Position numbers and translations under genes: made by a program
Notes under the pieces: model-generated
Told to the model about the DNA's origin: nothing
Database searches by the model: none
The model's input: the letters and a program-made list of their open reading frames with translations, nothing else
Source of the DNA: Octopus sinensis
Lineage: Eukaryota
Assembly: GCF_006345805.1 (NCBI RefSeq)
Contig: NC_043012.1
Coordinates: 4,836,001 to 4,900,000, forward strand
Direction of reading: 5' to 3'
DNA: 64,000 nt
Shown: positions 1 through 11,294 of the stretch, piece after piece
Numbering within the stretch: position 1 is the first letter of the stretch
How the letters are laid out: each line of letters begins with the position of its first letter

Positions 1-925
1 GATGAGAGAATCGTTAGCACACCGAGCGAAACACTTAGCGGTATTTCGTCTGCTGTTACGTTCTGAGTTCTAATTCCGCCGAGGTCGACTTTGCCTTTCA
101 TCCTTTCGGGGTCGATAAATTAAGTACCAGTTACGCACTGGGGTCATTATAATCAACTTAATCCATTTGTCTGACTTTGTTTGTCCTCTCTGTGTTTAGC
201 CCCTTGTGGGTAGTAAAGAAATAGGTATTTCGCCTGCCGTTACGTTCTGAGTTCAAATTCTGCCGAGGTCGACTTTGTCTTTCATTCTTTCGGGGTCGAT
301 TAAATAAGTACCACTTACGCACTGGGGTCGATATAATCAACTTAATCCGTGTGTCTGTCCTTGATCGTCCCCTCTGTGTTTAGCTGCTAGTGAGTAGTAA
401 AGAAATAGGTATTTCGTCTGTCTTTATGTTCTGAGTTCAAATACCACCGAGGTCGACTTAGCGTTTTATCCTTTCAGGGTCGATAAATTAAGTACCAGTT
501 GCGTACTGGTGTCGATGAAATCGACTGGTCCCCTTCCCAAAAGTTTCGGGCCTGGTGCCTAGAGCTGAAAAGAAAATATAATTAAGGCAGCGAGCTGGCA
601 GGAACGTTAACAGGCCGGGCGGAATACTTAGCGATATTTCGTCTGTCTTTACGTCCTGAGTTCAAATTCTGCCAAGGACGACTTTGCTTTTCATCTTTTC
701 AGGGTCGATAAATTAAGTACCACTTGTGTACTGGTGTCGATCTAATCGACTGGCCCTACTTCCCAAAAGTTTCGGGCCTAGTACTAGTGTAGAAAAGAAT
801 CGTTAGCACGCCGGGTAAAATGGTGAGAGGCATTTCGTCTGTCTACGCAATGAGTTCCATTTCTGCCGAGGCTGACTTAACCTTTCATCCTTTCGGGGTC
901 GATAAAATAAGCACCTGTTGAAATT
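1..925 (+). mobile_element. Cluster of SINE-A copies: three units starting at 40, 224 and 408 (184-bp period), a copy with head at 586-800, and a 5'-truncated copy to about 925
   Basis: Repeated GGTATTTCGTCTG...GAGTTCAAATTCCGCCGAGGTCGACTTTGCCTTTCATCCTTTCGGGGTCGATAAATTAAGTACCAG body with a B-box-like GTTCAAATTC; same body occurs at many other positions. The core resembles the Deu/Nin SINE domain (recalled, not searched). Confidence 0.9.
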
Positions 926-1069
926 CGCCGCGTGCCAAAATTTGAAATCATTGTTTGCTTCAGTTCTATGCAATCTAGGTTCAGATCCCACTGATTTCGG
1001 TATCCCTATGTTTTTCTTTCTGGGGTGGTAGTGAAGAACCGAACGAGGGAAGAGTATTATTTCCTATGT

Positions 1070-1340
1070 TTCTGTTACTTGTGTTAGTCATTAGACTGCG
1101 GCCATGCTGGGGTACTACCCTGACGGATGTAGTCGAAAACCAAAATCAATATTATTACTTATTTTAAAGCGTCATACTTATTCCAAGGGTGCCTTTCTTT
1201 TACCGAACCGCTCATGCATGAGGATATAAACAAACCAACACCGGTTGCCAAGTGGTGCTGGGGGACGAACACAGACAGAGAAACATGCACATATATGCAT
1301 ACATACATACATACATATATACATACATACATGCATGCAT
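1070..1340 (-). mobile_element. SINE-B, 3' half, degraded
   Basis: Reverse complement of the 3' part of the SINE-B at 8797-9245 (GACTGCGGCCATGCTGG, CCGAACCGCT, AACACCGGTTGCCAAG). Confidence 0.75.
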
Positions 1341-1387
1341 ACATATACACACACGAACGCCCACCCATGAACACACAGCTACTCCTG

Positions 1388-1772
1388 CGCCTATACTCTT
1401 TTTACTCTTTTACTAATTTCAAACATTTGACTGCGGCCATGCTGGAGCACCGCCTTTAGTCAGGCAAAGCTACCCCAGGACTTATTCTTTGTAAGCCTAG
1501 TACTATTCTATCGGTCTCTTTTGCCGAACCGAAGCACAACAACATCGGTTGTCAAGCGATGTTGGGGGGACAAACAAAGAAACACAAACACACACACACA
1601 CACACATGTATATATATATACATACATATATACGACGGGCTTCTTTCAGTTTTTGTCTACCAAATCCACTCAAAAGGCTATAGTAGAAAACACTTGCCCA
1701 AGGTGCCACGCAGTGGGACTGAACCCGAAACCATGTGGTTCGTAAACAAGCTACTTACCACACAGCCACTCC
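1388..1772 (-). mobile_element. SINE-B (tRNA-derived head, internal AT/AC microsatellite, TACTCTTT tail)
   Basis: Matches 8797-9245 and 33180-33612 along its length. Confidence 0.9.
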
Positions 1773-2901
1773 CACGTCTGTGTATGTATAATAATGTTCA
1801 TATACATATATTGTTATATATACATATACATGGACATACACATAGAAATGCCTATACATACATCCATGTGTGTGTGTGGGGGGGCATGTGAGTTTTATGA
1901 ATCTTTTTTTTAATAATTCCTTAATTTCAAACTCAAATTTTTTATCGTACATCTCTTATTATGAAGAAGTTTATTTATTATCTTCCTCGAAACATTTGCG
2001 ATCACTAGGGAAACCATGTATATTATTAATATTATATATAAAATATTTATCACATTATTTCTATTTTAAATATCTGATGTCGCTAAAGCTGTTCACATTT
2101 CGATGCAAATTATGAATTTCATATAATTCCATTTCATACAAATTATTCTTATCCTATATATAGATGAATCACTAAATCCTGCTAAGATGCTGCTGCAAGG
2201 TTAAACAATGGAATTCACAAAAAGTATACCACGTGACGACACAAATCTAGATATTTTGCCTCAGGGTTATAGTTTTTTTCTTTTGTATCACCTGATATGT
2301 AATTGTGCACGTATGCATGCATGCGTTTGAATGAGTATGTGAATATATATACTTATATATGCTTATATAAAATATATATATATACACACACATGTACATA
2401 TACTTAATAAATACTCAATCCTGAAGGCACATTCACACTGTATGATAAATATGCATACACTCATACACACACACACACACCACACACATAACATGTATAT
2501 ATATATATACATAGCCATACACAAATACATATAAAGTTATGATATATATATATATATGTATATATATATATTATATATATATATATATAAAATATTATTT
2601 GAGACAAAATATACACATATATACACACATACATATTATATATATATATATATACACCATACATATATATGTATATATATATATAGTATATATATATATG
2701 ACATATATATATAGATATATATATAAACATATATATATTTATATATATATGCAAACACATTAAAAAATATTTATGTATAAACATCTGTATGCATATAGGT
2801 GAAATAATACAAGCGTTATACTTGAAAACCTGTTTTTATACATGTATGAACACATATTACATACCTATAACTAAATTTATAATAATAATAATAATAATAA
2901 T

Positions 2902-3001
2902 NNNNNNNNNNNNNNNNNNNNNNNNNNNNNNNNNNNNNNNNNNNNNNNNNNNNNNNNNNNNNNNNNNNNNNNNNNNNNNNNNNNNNNNNNNNNNNNNNNN
3001 N
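2902..3001. other. Assembly gap (100 N)
   Basis: Run of 100 N following an (AAT)n tract. Confidence 1.
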
Positions 3002-3344
3002 GATAATTGTTTGTAGTTCCGGAAAAAGTGGAACACTTTTACCTCGCTCGGATTTGAGCTCAGAACGGAAAAAAATACCCATTACTTAACTATACGTAAA
3101 GTTTTCTATAACGATTAGTGTCGAGTTTTGTCTATAAAATCGATCATGTCAACCTTTCCTTTAAGCTTTAAAACATTTATTGGCTGGTGGCTATATTTTA
3201 ATCAATATTCTAATGAATCGGTTAATATCTTGTATCCAAGTATATTGGCTTCGTTTAATCAGATACAAAAGGACCTTTATATCTATGTTATATCGCATCT
3301 ATGATGTCGTTTATTTAAAAACTATTATGCATGTATGTATGTAT

Positions 3345-3421
<77 letters not shown>

Positions 3422-3479
3422 TATATGCATATATACATACATATATATATACATATATACATACATATATATGTATCTT

Positions 3480-3564
3480 GACGTTACTACCATTGCTGTT
3501 GTTGCTGCCACTGTTTTTGTTGTGTTGTTGTTGTTGCTCCTATTCTTCCCTTCTTCACTTCTTC

Positions 3565-3602
<38 letters not shown>

Positions 3603-3737
3603 CTTCTTCTTCTTCTTCTTCTTCTTCTTCTTCTTCTTCTTCAACTTCTTCTTCTTCAATTTCTCCTTCTTCACCCTCTTCATCTTCCTTTTCAACTTCT
3701 TCGTTGTCGTCGCTGTCTTCACCAGTTCCCCACTCGT

Positions 3738-3768
<31 letters not shown>

Positions 3769-3790
3769 CCACCACCACCACCACCACCAC
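3480..3790. repeat. Compound trinucleotide microsatellite (GTT/CTT/CAT/CAC)
   Basis: Seen directly; explains the homopolymeric ORFs at 3331-4016. Confidence 0.95.
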
Positions 3791-4903
3791 ACTACTTATC
3801 CATTTGCCCAATACTAAAGTTCTTTTCTTATGGCACAATTATACAGAAGGAGAGGAGAAGCAGGCTGGTGTATGCATGTGTGTGTATGTATGTTCATGTG
3901 TGTGTATGTTCGTGTGTATATGTGTGTGTGTGTATGTTCGTGTCTGTGCGTGTGCGTGTGAGAGAGAGAGAGAGTGTGGGAAAGAAAACGATATAAACGA
4001 CTTAATCCTTGTCTAGTAGCATAACGTAAATGCTTTTTCGATCCAACGTATTACTGAGGTTGCAAAAACACGGAAAAGATAACAAAAAAAAAACCCCAAA
4101 AAAACACAACAACCCCCCCAAAACCATCCCCCTCCTTCCTTTTCGTATGTGCAATCGGATGCAATGATCTCTGTGGGGTGTAGGGACGGATTAATTCAAA
4201 CGCATAACTTACAAGGGAAGTGAAACCCAACACTGTTAAAGAATGTTTATCTGGAATTCTACAGATTTTTTTCCATGCCATGCCATGCCAAACTACACCA
4301 TATCAATGATTCTTCACCCCTAACCCGATCGGCTTTCAATAATATAAACTAAACGAAATGAATCTACGTAGTTTCATTATTGACTGATAACGACGGAGTA
4401 AATACAAGTTTAAGCCTTTAATTCAAAGTGCGTGTAAAAGAATGTTACCCTGGGCTGTCATTCATGTATGCCAGATATAAGTACAGCGCCTGTATATATA
4501 TGTACGTATATGCATGCGTAGGTAGGGACCTATGTATACAAATATATACAAGCGTGCGTTCATTTATCTATGCATATATATTCCACAGATACATATAGAT
4601 ATACAAATACACACACACATATATATATGAGTAAATATATATATATATATGTGTGTATATATATAGGTGGATGCTTGTACATATATGTGTGTGTACGCGC
4701 GTTTAAACCTTTGTGTGTGTATATATATATAATGTGTGTATATATATATATATAATATAGATATAGAACATATAGATATATATATAAAAAATACATATGC
4801 ATATGGTATGTATGATCATATACGTATGTAAGTCTGTATATATATATGTGTGTGTGTGTGAGTGTGTATATCCATTCATCTATCTATCTGTGTATATGTA
4901 TGT

Positions 4904-4945
<42 letters not shown>

Positions 4946-5672
4946 ATATATGTATGTATATATATATATGTGTGTGTATGTATGTATACACGCACACGTA
5001 TACAAACACACACGCACACACATAGATACACACACTCACACGCACACATACACACACAAACATAAATACGAAGAAACAGGAATGCTGGAATTCTGTGTGT
5101 CTACACTGAAGTTTGTGTGTTTTGTGTGAGAACTTGCGTGCGCATATAAATGCGCGCATTTCTAAGTGTGCATCTGTGCGCATGCATTTATAAATATATA
5201 TATGTGAGCGTGTATGTGCATATATATTCCTCCGAGGTTAAGGGGTCAATGTAAATAGTACATGCCTAACACAAAACAATATGGATGTAATGATCGTTTG
5301 GCATGTAAAATTCGTGGGAAAATGTCCAACATATTACACTTGCATTGTCATAACAGACATATTCTGAGTAAACGGAACAAAAGCCGAGCAACTCACCGCA
5401 CCATGGCACCAACCATTCACCCACAAACACCCCCGATATCTAGAATTCCTAAAATACAGTTTATCTCCTTATATAATATAATGCAGGCGCCAAACTGGCT
5501 TGTTTTTGTCAATAGTTTTGAATATATTATTTAAATGAGTGCATTTGCTTTCCATGTATTATCGGTTTTCAGGTCTTTGACTTCAATATTGTAGTTCTTT
5601 TCAGATTTTTCGTTGTTTTATACATATATGTTTAAAGGATATATTATATATTTATATGTATGTGTGTATGCG

Positions 5673-5713
<41 letters not shown>

Positions 5714-5956
5714 ATGTGTATATATATATCATTGTATTCTATATTTTTATGATGGTTTGATAAACATCCGGAGATACCTCCACACATAGTCACTCCCTTC
5801 TCCCCCCACACATGCATATACAATACATGCACATGTACATGCATGCATATACACACATATATATATAAATACAAGCTGAGAAACAGATATTTATATATGT
5901 TTACTATATATATATATTTATACAGATATTTATGCTATATGTACAAACACACACGC

Positions 5957-5991
<35 letters not shown>

Positions 5992-6361
5992 TATATATAT
6001 ATATATATATATACATAGCCTATGGGGAATCAGTAATATATACATATGCACGCATATGTGTGTATGTGCGTGTATGTGTGCGTGTATGTGTGTAGGTGTA
6101 TTTATGTATGTGTGTATGTATTGATATATGCACAAAAACGTTGAAATAGGTTGAATGAATGAGAAATGAGCGAAACTCGAGATAAAAATTCAGTTTGAAT
6201 GAACTGTATGTGTGTGTATGTATACACACACACACATACATATATATGTATGTATACGCACATACACACACGCACATTTCACCCAGTCACTCACTAACGC
6301 ACACATACACACACACACACACACACAAGCAGCCACACACATATATAAACATATACATATA

Positions 6362-6815
6362 CAGGGTCCTCAAAAATATATATCCACGCTCCACGGAAAG
6401 AAAAACGTGTAGAAGTATTTCAATGATAAATGTATTCAGATATCAGGGCATTAAAACAAGCTATATTTAACCTCTGAAATTACAAGAGATGCTCAAAGAA
6501 GTAGCCAGTAGTTCCCAAGCCACTGCTTGGGCAATTGCTGGCCAAAGTGTCCGGTAGTATTACTACACACACTGCCTCTGCGTCGCCAGTTTTCTGCGGT
6601 ACACGTCATCCTTTAAGGTGCCTCATATGTTAAAGTCTACAGGTGTTGAAGCAGAAGTTGGTGAAGGGAAACCAATAGCACTTCTACATTGTGTCCAGTG
6701 TCATTGCAAATTGTCCTCCGGGTAAGTTCGTATGTCTCGGAAGTAGTGTGGCCGTGGTGCGCCGTCTTATTGAAAGAAAAGTTCGTCTTTTCTATAAATT
6801 GCATGTATAGCTGGA
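6362..6815 (-). mobile_element. Tc1/mariner-superfamily transposase C-terminal remnant (DD37D/maT-like or Tc1-like) with terminal repeat
   Basis: Minus strand reads ELFFQ*DGAPRPHYFRDIRTY...TPVDFNI*GTLKDDVYRRK, matching the FQQDGAPPH...DLTPLDFxLWGxLKDxVY motif; end is TA|CAGGGTCCTCAAAAA at 6360-6376. Confidence 0.75.
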
Positions 6816-7642
6816 TAAAGATCTTGTTTCACGCGCGGTGTCACTTGTTTACCAGGGCTAAGCCTTTCTTTACGCTGCTTCATATTGATATACATACACC
6901 ATTTTTCATCGCCAGTAACGATTCGGTAAAGAAATCGTTGCTTGTGTCAATGAATTTAGCGGTGACGAGCAATCAAACCAGCGGAGATTGTGGCCCGTTG
7001 ATTTTTGTTGTCACTTAAAGCAAGTGGAATCTATGCTCCATACTTCCGAACCTTTCTCGTCGAGTGAAGATGCTTCTATATAGCAGTGTGGGAACATTCC
7101 ATTTTCTCTGCCAGTTCCCTTGTCGTTTGAGGAGAATTTTCTTGCAAATGTTGGTTTAATCGCTCTTCATCAAACTCAACCGGACGGCCAGAACGAGGTG
7201 CATTTTGAGGTCAAATTTACACTTTTGAACTTGGCATACCAATCACGAGCGGTTCTTTCAGTTATGGCACCCTCTCCATACACAGCACAAATGTCACGAG
7301 CAGCTTTTGCGGCCTTAGAACCTTGATTAACATCAAAAAGAAGGAGGTGTCGAAGATGCTCGTTTTTCTTCATTTGACATTCCATTTTAATGATCTGAAA
7401 ATAAACAAAAATTAACTAAAATTAACTAGAAAAAAAGAAAGATTCCAAAATGATTCAAAAATAGAATTGTCGAAAAAATAGATTCCAAAATTTAAAAACG
7501 CAATAAATTCCAAAATTTAGAATTTAAAAAAGTTGCCAACCCCATACTAAAATGTTTCCTCTCATATCCATTTGTTTGTAAAAGTTACAATTAATAAGTA
7601 AAATTTAAAGTATTTTAAAATAGGAGTTACGTTTCAATTACC

Positions 7643-7645
<3 letters not shown>
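6816..7645 (-). mobile_element. Mariner (DD34D-type) 5' half, pseudogenised transposase
   Basis: ORF 7176-7385 MECQMKKNEHLRHLLLF...ERTARDWYAKFK, then RIVTGDEKWCMY; end ACCCTG|TA at 7640-7647. Confidence 0.9.
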
Positions 7646-7720
<75 letters not shown>

Positions 7721-7934
7721 TATATGTTTAAATATTTGTGTGCAAGATTTTTTATGTGAAGTCGTGTGTTGAAACAGATATTGTTATATTTCGGAAGGCC
7801 GAACTAAGATTAAGATTAATGTAAAAAATAAATAACACTGAAGCAAAATAGCACCAAATATATAGTGCGTGTGGTTTCTATTGGCTAAACGGCAAAATGG
7901 CCCATTCGAAATATAACAATATATATTATATATA

Positions 7935-8050
7935 ATTGTTTTCTTTTATCGTTTGTGTCAGTCATTTGATTGCGCCATGTTGTGGCACAGCCTCGAAATT
8001 TAAGCCGAATATATCGACCCCAGTACTTATTTTTAAAGCCTGATACTTTA
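7935..8050 (-). mobile_element. SINE-B 3' fragment
   Basis: CAGTCATTTGATTGCGCCATG...ATCGACCCCAGTACTTAT matches the SINE-B tail. Confidence 0.65.
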
Positions 8051-8098
8051 TCTCTGCCTCTGTTTCTCACTCTCTGCCTGTCTGTGTGTCTGTTTGTC

Positions 8099-8172
<74 letters not shown>

Positions 8173-8184
8173 ATATATATATAT

Positions 8185-8410
8185 AGTCAATCCAAACAAG
8201 AACAAGCAAGACAAAATAACAACGCGTGGATGTGGAATAAGTACAATGTTATTGGACGCTCAGTAAAGGAAAGAAAAGAAAGAGAATCTCAAGTTTCGAG
8301 CGGAGCTCTTCATCAGAAATCTAGAAAGATGTCCAAAGAAAGGAAGACGGAGAAAAGAAAATCGCCAACGCTACACACGCGGTCACATATTGAAATATAT
8401 ATACACATAC
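8185..8410 (-). mobile_element. Penelope-like terminal repeat (pLTR) fragment with hammerhead core
   Basis: Minus strand CTGATGA-A-GAGC-TCC-GCTC-GAAAC; flanks (TTCTTTGGACATCTTTCT..., TTGTTATTTTGTCTTG) resemble 46830-47050, which lies downstream of a PLE ORF remnant. Confidence 0.7.
8293..8316 (-). ncRNA. Hammerhead ribozyme core, cleavage triplet degenerate
   Basis: Both catalytic boxes intact around a 4-bp stem II (GAGC/GCUC); followed by GAAACUUGAG with no GUH triplet. Confidence 0.6.
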
Positions 8411-8796
8411 ACGCTTCATCAATTTGTTGTACCTAAATGTCGTTATTGATTACATTCAAATTGAAAAGAAAATAACCATCGCCTAAGTATAGTATAAGTG
8501 TTTTGTACCTGCGATTATCTACTTATATATTGTCCATACATTAGTGAAAATATTTGCAGTTAATATGAATGAGTAACCAAATTGGGAAAGGCGTTAAAAG
8601 AAACCATGTAATTCTCACATCTCATTCAGAAAGTGAAACAATGCAGTGTTTAAAGACTGGTGAAAACGAGAACGGTATCGTGTGCATGAATATATCATTT
8701 ATGGTATAAAAGCAGTATAGGACAAGATTATGTAATTAACGGTTGATTTAGTGATAAGTAAAAGTTGATGTAATGCAACCATTAAGGGAAAATAAA

Positions 8797-9245
8797 GGCG
8801 CAGGAGTGGCTGTGTGGTAAGTAGCTTGCTAACCAATCACATGGTTCCGGGTTCAGTCCCACTGCATGGCACCTTGGGCAAGTGTCTTCTGCTATAGCCC
8901 CGGGCCGACCAATGCCTTGTGAGTGGATTTGGTAGACGGAAACTGAAAGAAGCCTGTCGTATATATATATGTATGTGTACGTATATATGTACGTATATAT
9001 ATGTCGTATATATATATGTATGTGTGTGTGTGTGTTTGTGTGTCTGTGTTTGTCTCCCTAGCATTGCTTGACAACCGATGCTGGTGTGTTTACGTCCCCG
9101 TCACTTAGCGGTTCCGCAAAAGAGACCGATAGAATAAGTACTGGGCTTACAAAGAATAAGTCCCGGGGTCGATTTGCTCGACTAAAGGCGGTGCTCTAGC
9201 ATGGCCGCAGTCAAATGACTGAAACAAGTAAAAGAGTAAAAGAGA
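8797..9245 (+). mobile_element. SINE-B, full length
   Basis: Head GGCGCAGGAGTGGCTGTGTGGTAAG...GGTTCAGTCCC (A/B-box-like), CORE-like CCTTGGGCAAGTGTCTT, internal microsatellite, tail GAAACAAGTAAAAGAGTAAAAGAG. Confidence 0.92.
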
Positions 9246-9954
9246 GAGAGAATATGTAGATTTTTTAGAATTAGATGCCGTGGACTAGTGCAATGCCTTT
9301 CGAAATTGTAGCAGTTTCAGAGCTAATGGTGAGAGCTAAAAATGTTAGACATTAACACTGAGGTATGGATACGACGGGGGCTCGTGTTCTTAAAAACTTT
9401 GAACTGTCACATTGCACGAGTGGAAGATATCGGTCGATACAGGGGTTGGTGATAATTACAGATATATGTTCGATTATCTTAATAAAAATAAAAACACGCT
9501 TTTTGTTGTTTTGTTTGTAACTGAGGTTCAAAACACTGGTATTTTGGATAAAAAAGGGATGAAGACTATCGCAAATATACTGCAAGTAGTTACGTGGTAA
9601 AATGTATCTACCGGTGCACACACCATACTCATAGGATGAAATGTGCCTGTCTGTATTGCTTAATAATAGTAGAAGCACGGTGTTATTTATAATAGATTTA
9701 TAATATCCAGTAATGAACAACTGGTGGTGATGTGATGATGAAACTATTGTAGCGGTATGTAGTAAAACACAGACAAAACACACGGACTTTTATATATAAT
9801 ATATATATATACATACATATATTACGTTATATGTAAACAAACATAAGTTTGTTTCTTGAAGCGTTGAAATGCATTGTAGAACAAGTAGAAAGATAGATTT
9901 TTCAACGCGTAATTATTGATGGAACAGTATATATAGGATATATATACTCTAACA

Positions 9955-9987
9955 TTGATGGTGACGACGATGATGATGATGATGACT

Positions 9988-10070
<83 letters not shown>

Positions 10071-10133
10071 GTACTGGTGGTGCTGGTGGTGGTTGTGCAG
10101 TTGGTAATGATAAGGATGATGATAATGATGATG

Positions 10134-10165
<32 letters not shown>

Positions 10166-10359
10166 GATGATGATGATGGTACTGGTGGTGCTGGTGGTGG
10201 TTGTGCAGTTGGTAATGATAATGATGATGATGATGATGATGATGATGATGGTACTGGTGGTGCTGGTGGTGGTTGTGCAGTTGGTAATGATAAGGATGAT
10301 GATGATGATGATGGTACTGGTGGTGCTGGTGGTGGTTGTGCAGTTGGTAATGATAAGGA

Positions 10360-10390
<31 letters not shown>

Positions 10391-10410
10391 GGTGATGGTG
10401 ATGCTGTTTC
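9955..10410. repeat. (GAT)n tract carrying four copies of a ~43-bp GGTACTGGTGGTGCTGGTGGTGGTTGTGCAGTTGGTAATGATA unit
   Basis: Units start near 10070, 10178, 10250 and 10313. Confidence 0.92.
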
Positions 10411-10770
10411 TACAATAGAGAGAAAGGGCTTGCGAGAATGACTTGTCAATTCCATTGACCCCATTGCATAACTGGTATTATTTTGCCGATCCCGAATGAA
10501 TAAAATATAAAATCCTGTCATCGGAATTTAAACTCAAAGCTTAAACCCGGAGGAAATGCCGCTAAGCTAACCACTCTGTCAACTCGCCGCCTTTATTCTT
10601 TCTACTTTAGAGGCACACAAGGCCTAAAATTTTAGAGAAGGTGATTAACTGACTTCGTTCACCCCAATATTCGACTGGTACTTGACTTTACTAACACGGA
10701 AAGGATGAAAGAAAAATTTGACCTCGACGGAATTTGAACTCAGAACTACATGCCGCTAGCATGTCTTCCT
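10411..10770 (-). mobile_element. Two old SINE-A copies in tandem (10411-10594 and 10600-10770)
   Basis: Degenerate heads (AACTCGCCGCC at 10581) and body motifs GGAATTTGAACTCAGAAC, GGAAAGGATGAAAG. Confidence 0.7.
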
Positions 10771-10911
10771 GGGTTCTAACGAAAATGATGATGATGATGA
10801 TGACGACGACGACGACGACGACAACAACAACAACAACAACAACAGCAACAACAACAACAACAATAATAATAATAATAATAATAATAAGAAGAAGAAGAAG
10901 AAGAAGAAGAA

Positions 10912-11294
10912 GAATCCTTTCTACTATAGGCACAAGGTCTGAAATTTGTGGCCAGGGAACCCCAGTGTTTCATTGGTGTATAGTTTATCGACCCCAAAAG
11001 GATGAAGGGCAAAATCGACCGCAGCGAAATTTGAACTCAGAACGTAGCGACGGGTGAAATACCTATTTCTTTACTACCCACAAGGGGCTAAACACAGATG
11101 GGACAAACAAGGACAGACAAATGGATTAAGTCGATTATATCGACCCCAGTGCGTAACTGGTACTTAATTTATCAACCCCGAAAGGATGAAAGGCAAAGTC
11201 GACCTCGGCGGAATTTGAACTCAGAACGTAACGGCAGACGAAGTACGTCTACGCATTTCGCCCGGCGTGCTAACGTTTCTGCCAGCTCGCCGCC
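10912..11294 (-). mobile_element. SINE-A dimer (head + alpha-tail unit + beta-tail unit) ending in a (CTT/ATT/GTT)n tract
   Basis: Head at 11294; junction AAAGAAATA|GGTATTTC at 11064/11063; beta tail CCTTGTGCCTATAGTAGAAAGGATT. Confidence 0.9.

Noticed and set aside
40-590. Regularly spaced repeats as a CRISPR array
   Set aside because: Whole 184-bp units repeat with no unique spacers; eukaryotic SINE context and no cas genes.
2461-2784. ORFs rich in YI/HT/CV/YLSI dipeptides here and throughout the window
   Set aside because: Translations of (TA)n, (CA)n and (GATA)n microsatellites, which lack stops in some frames.
8797-8870. tRNA-like heads of SINE-B/C/D as tRNA genes
   Set aside because: They continue into SINE bodies and do not form complete cloverleafs.
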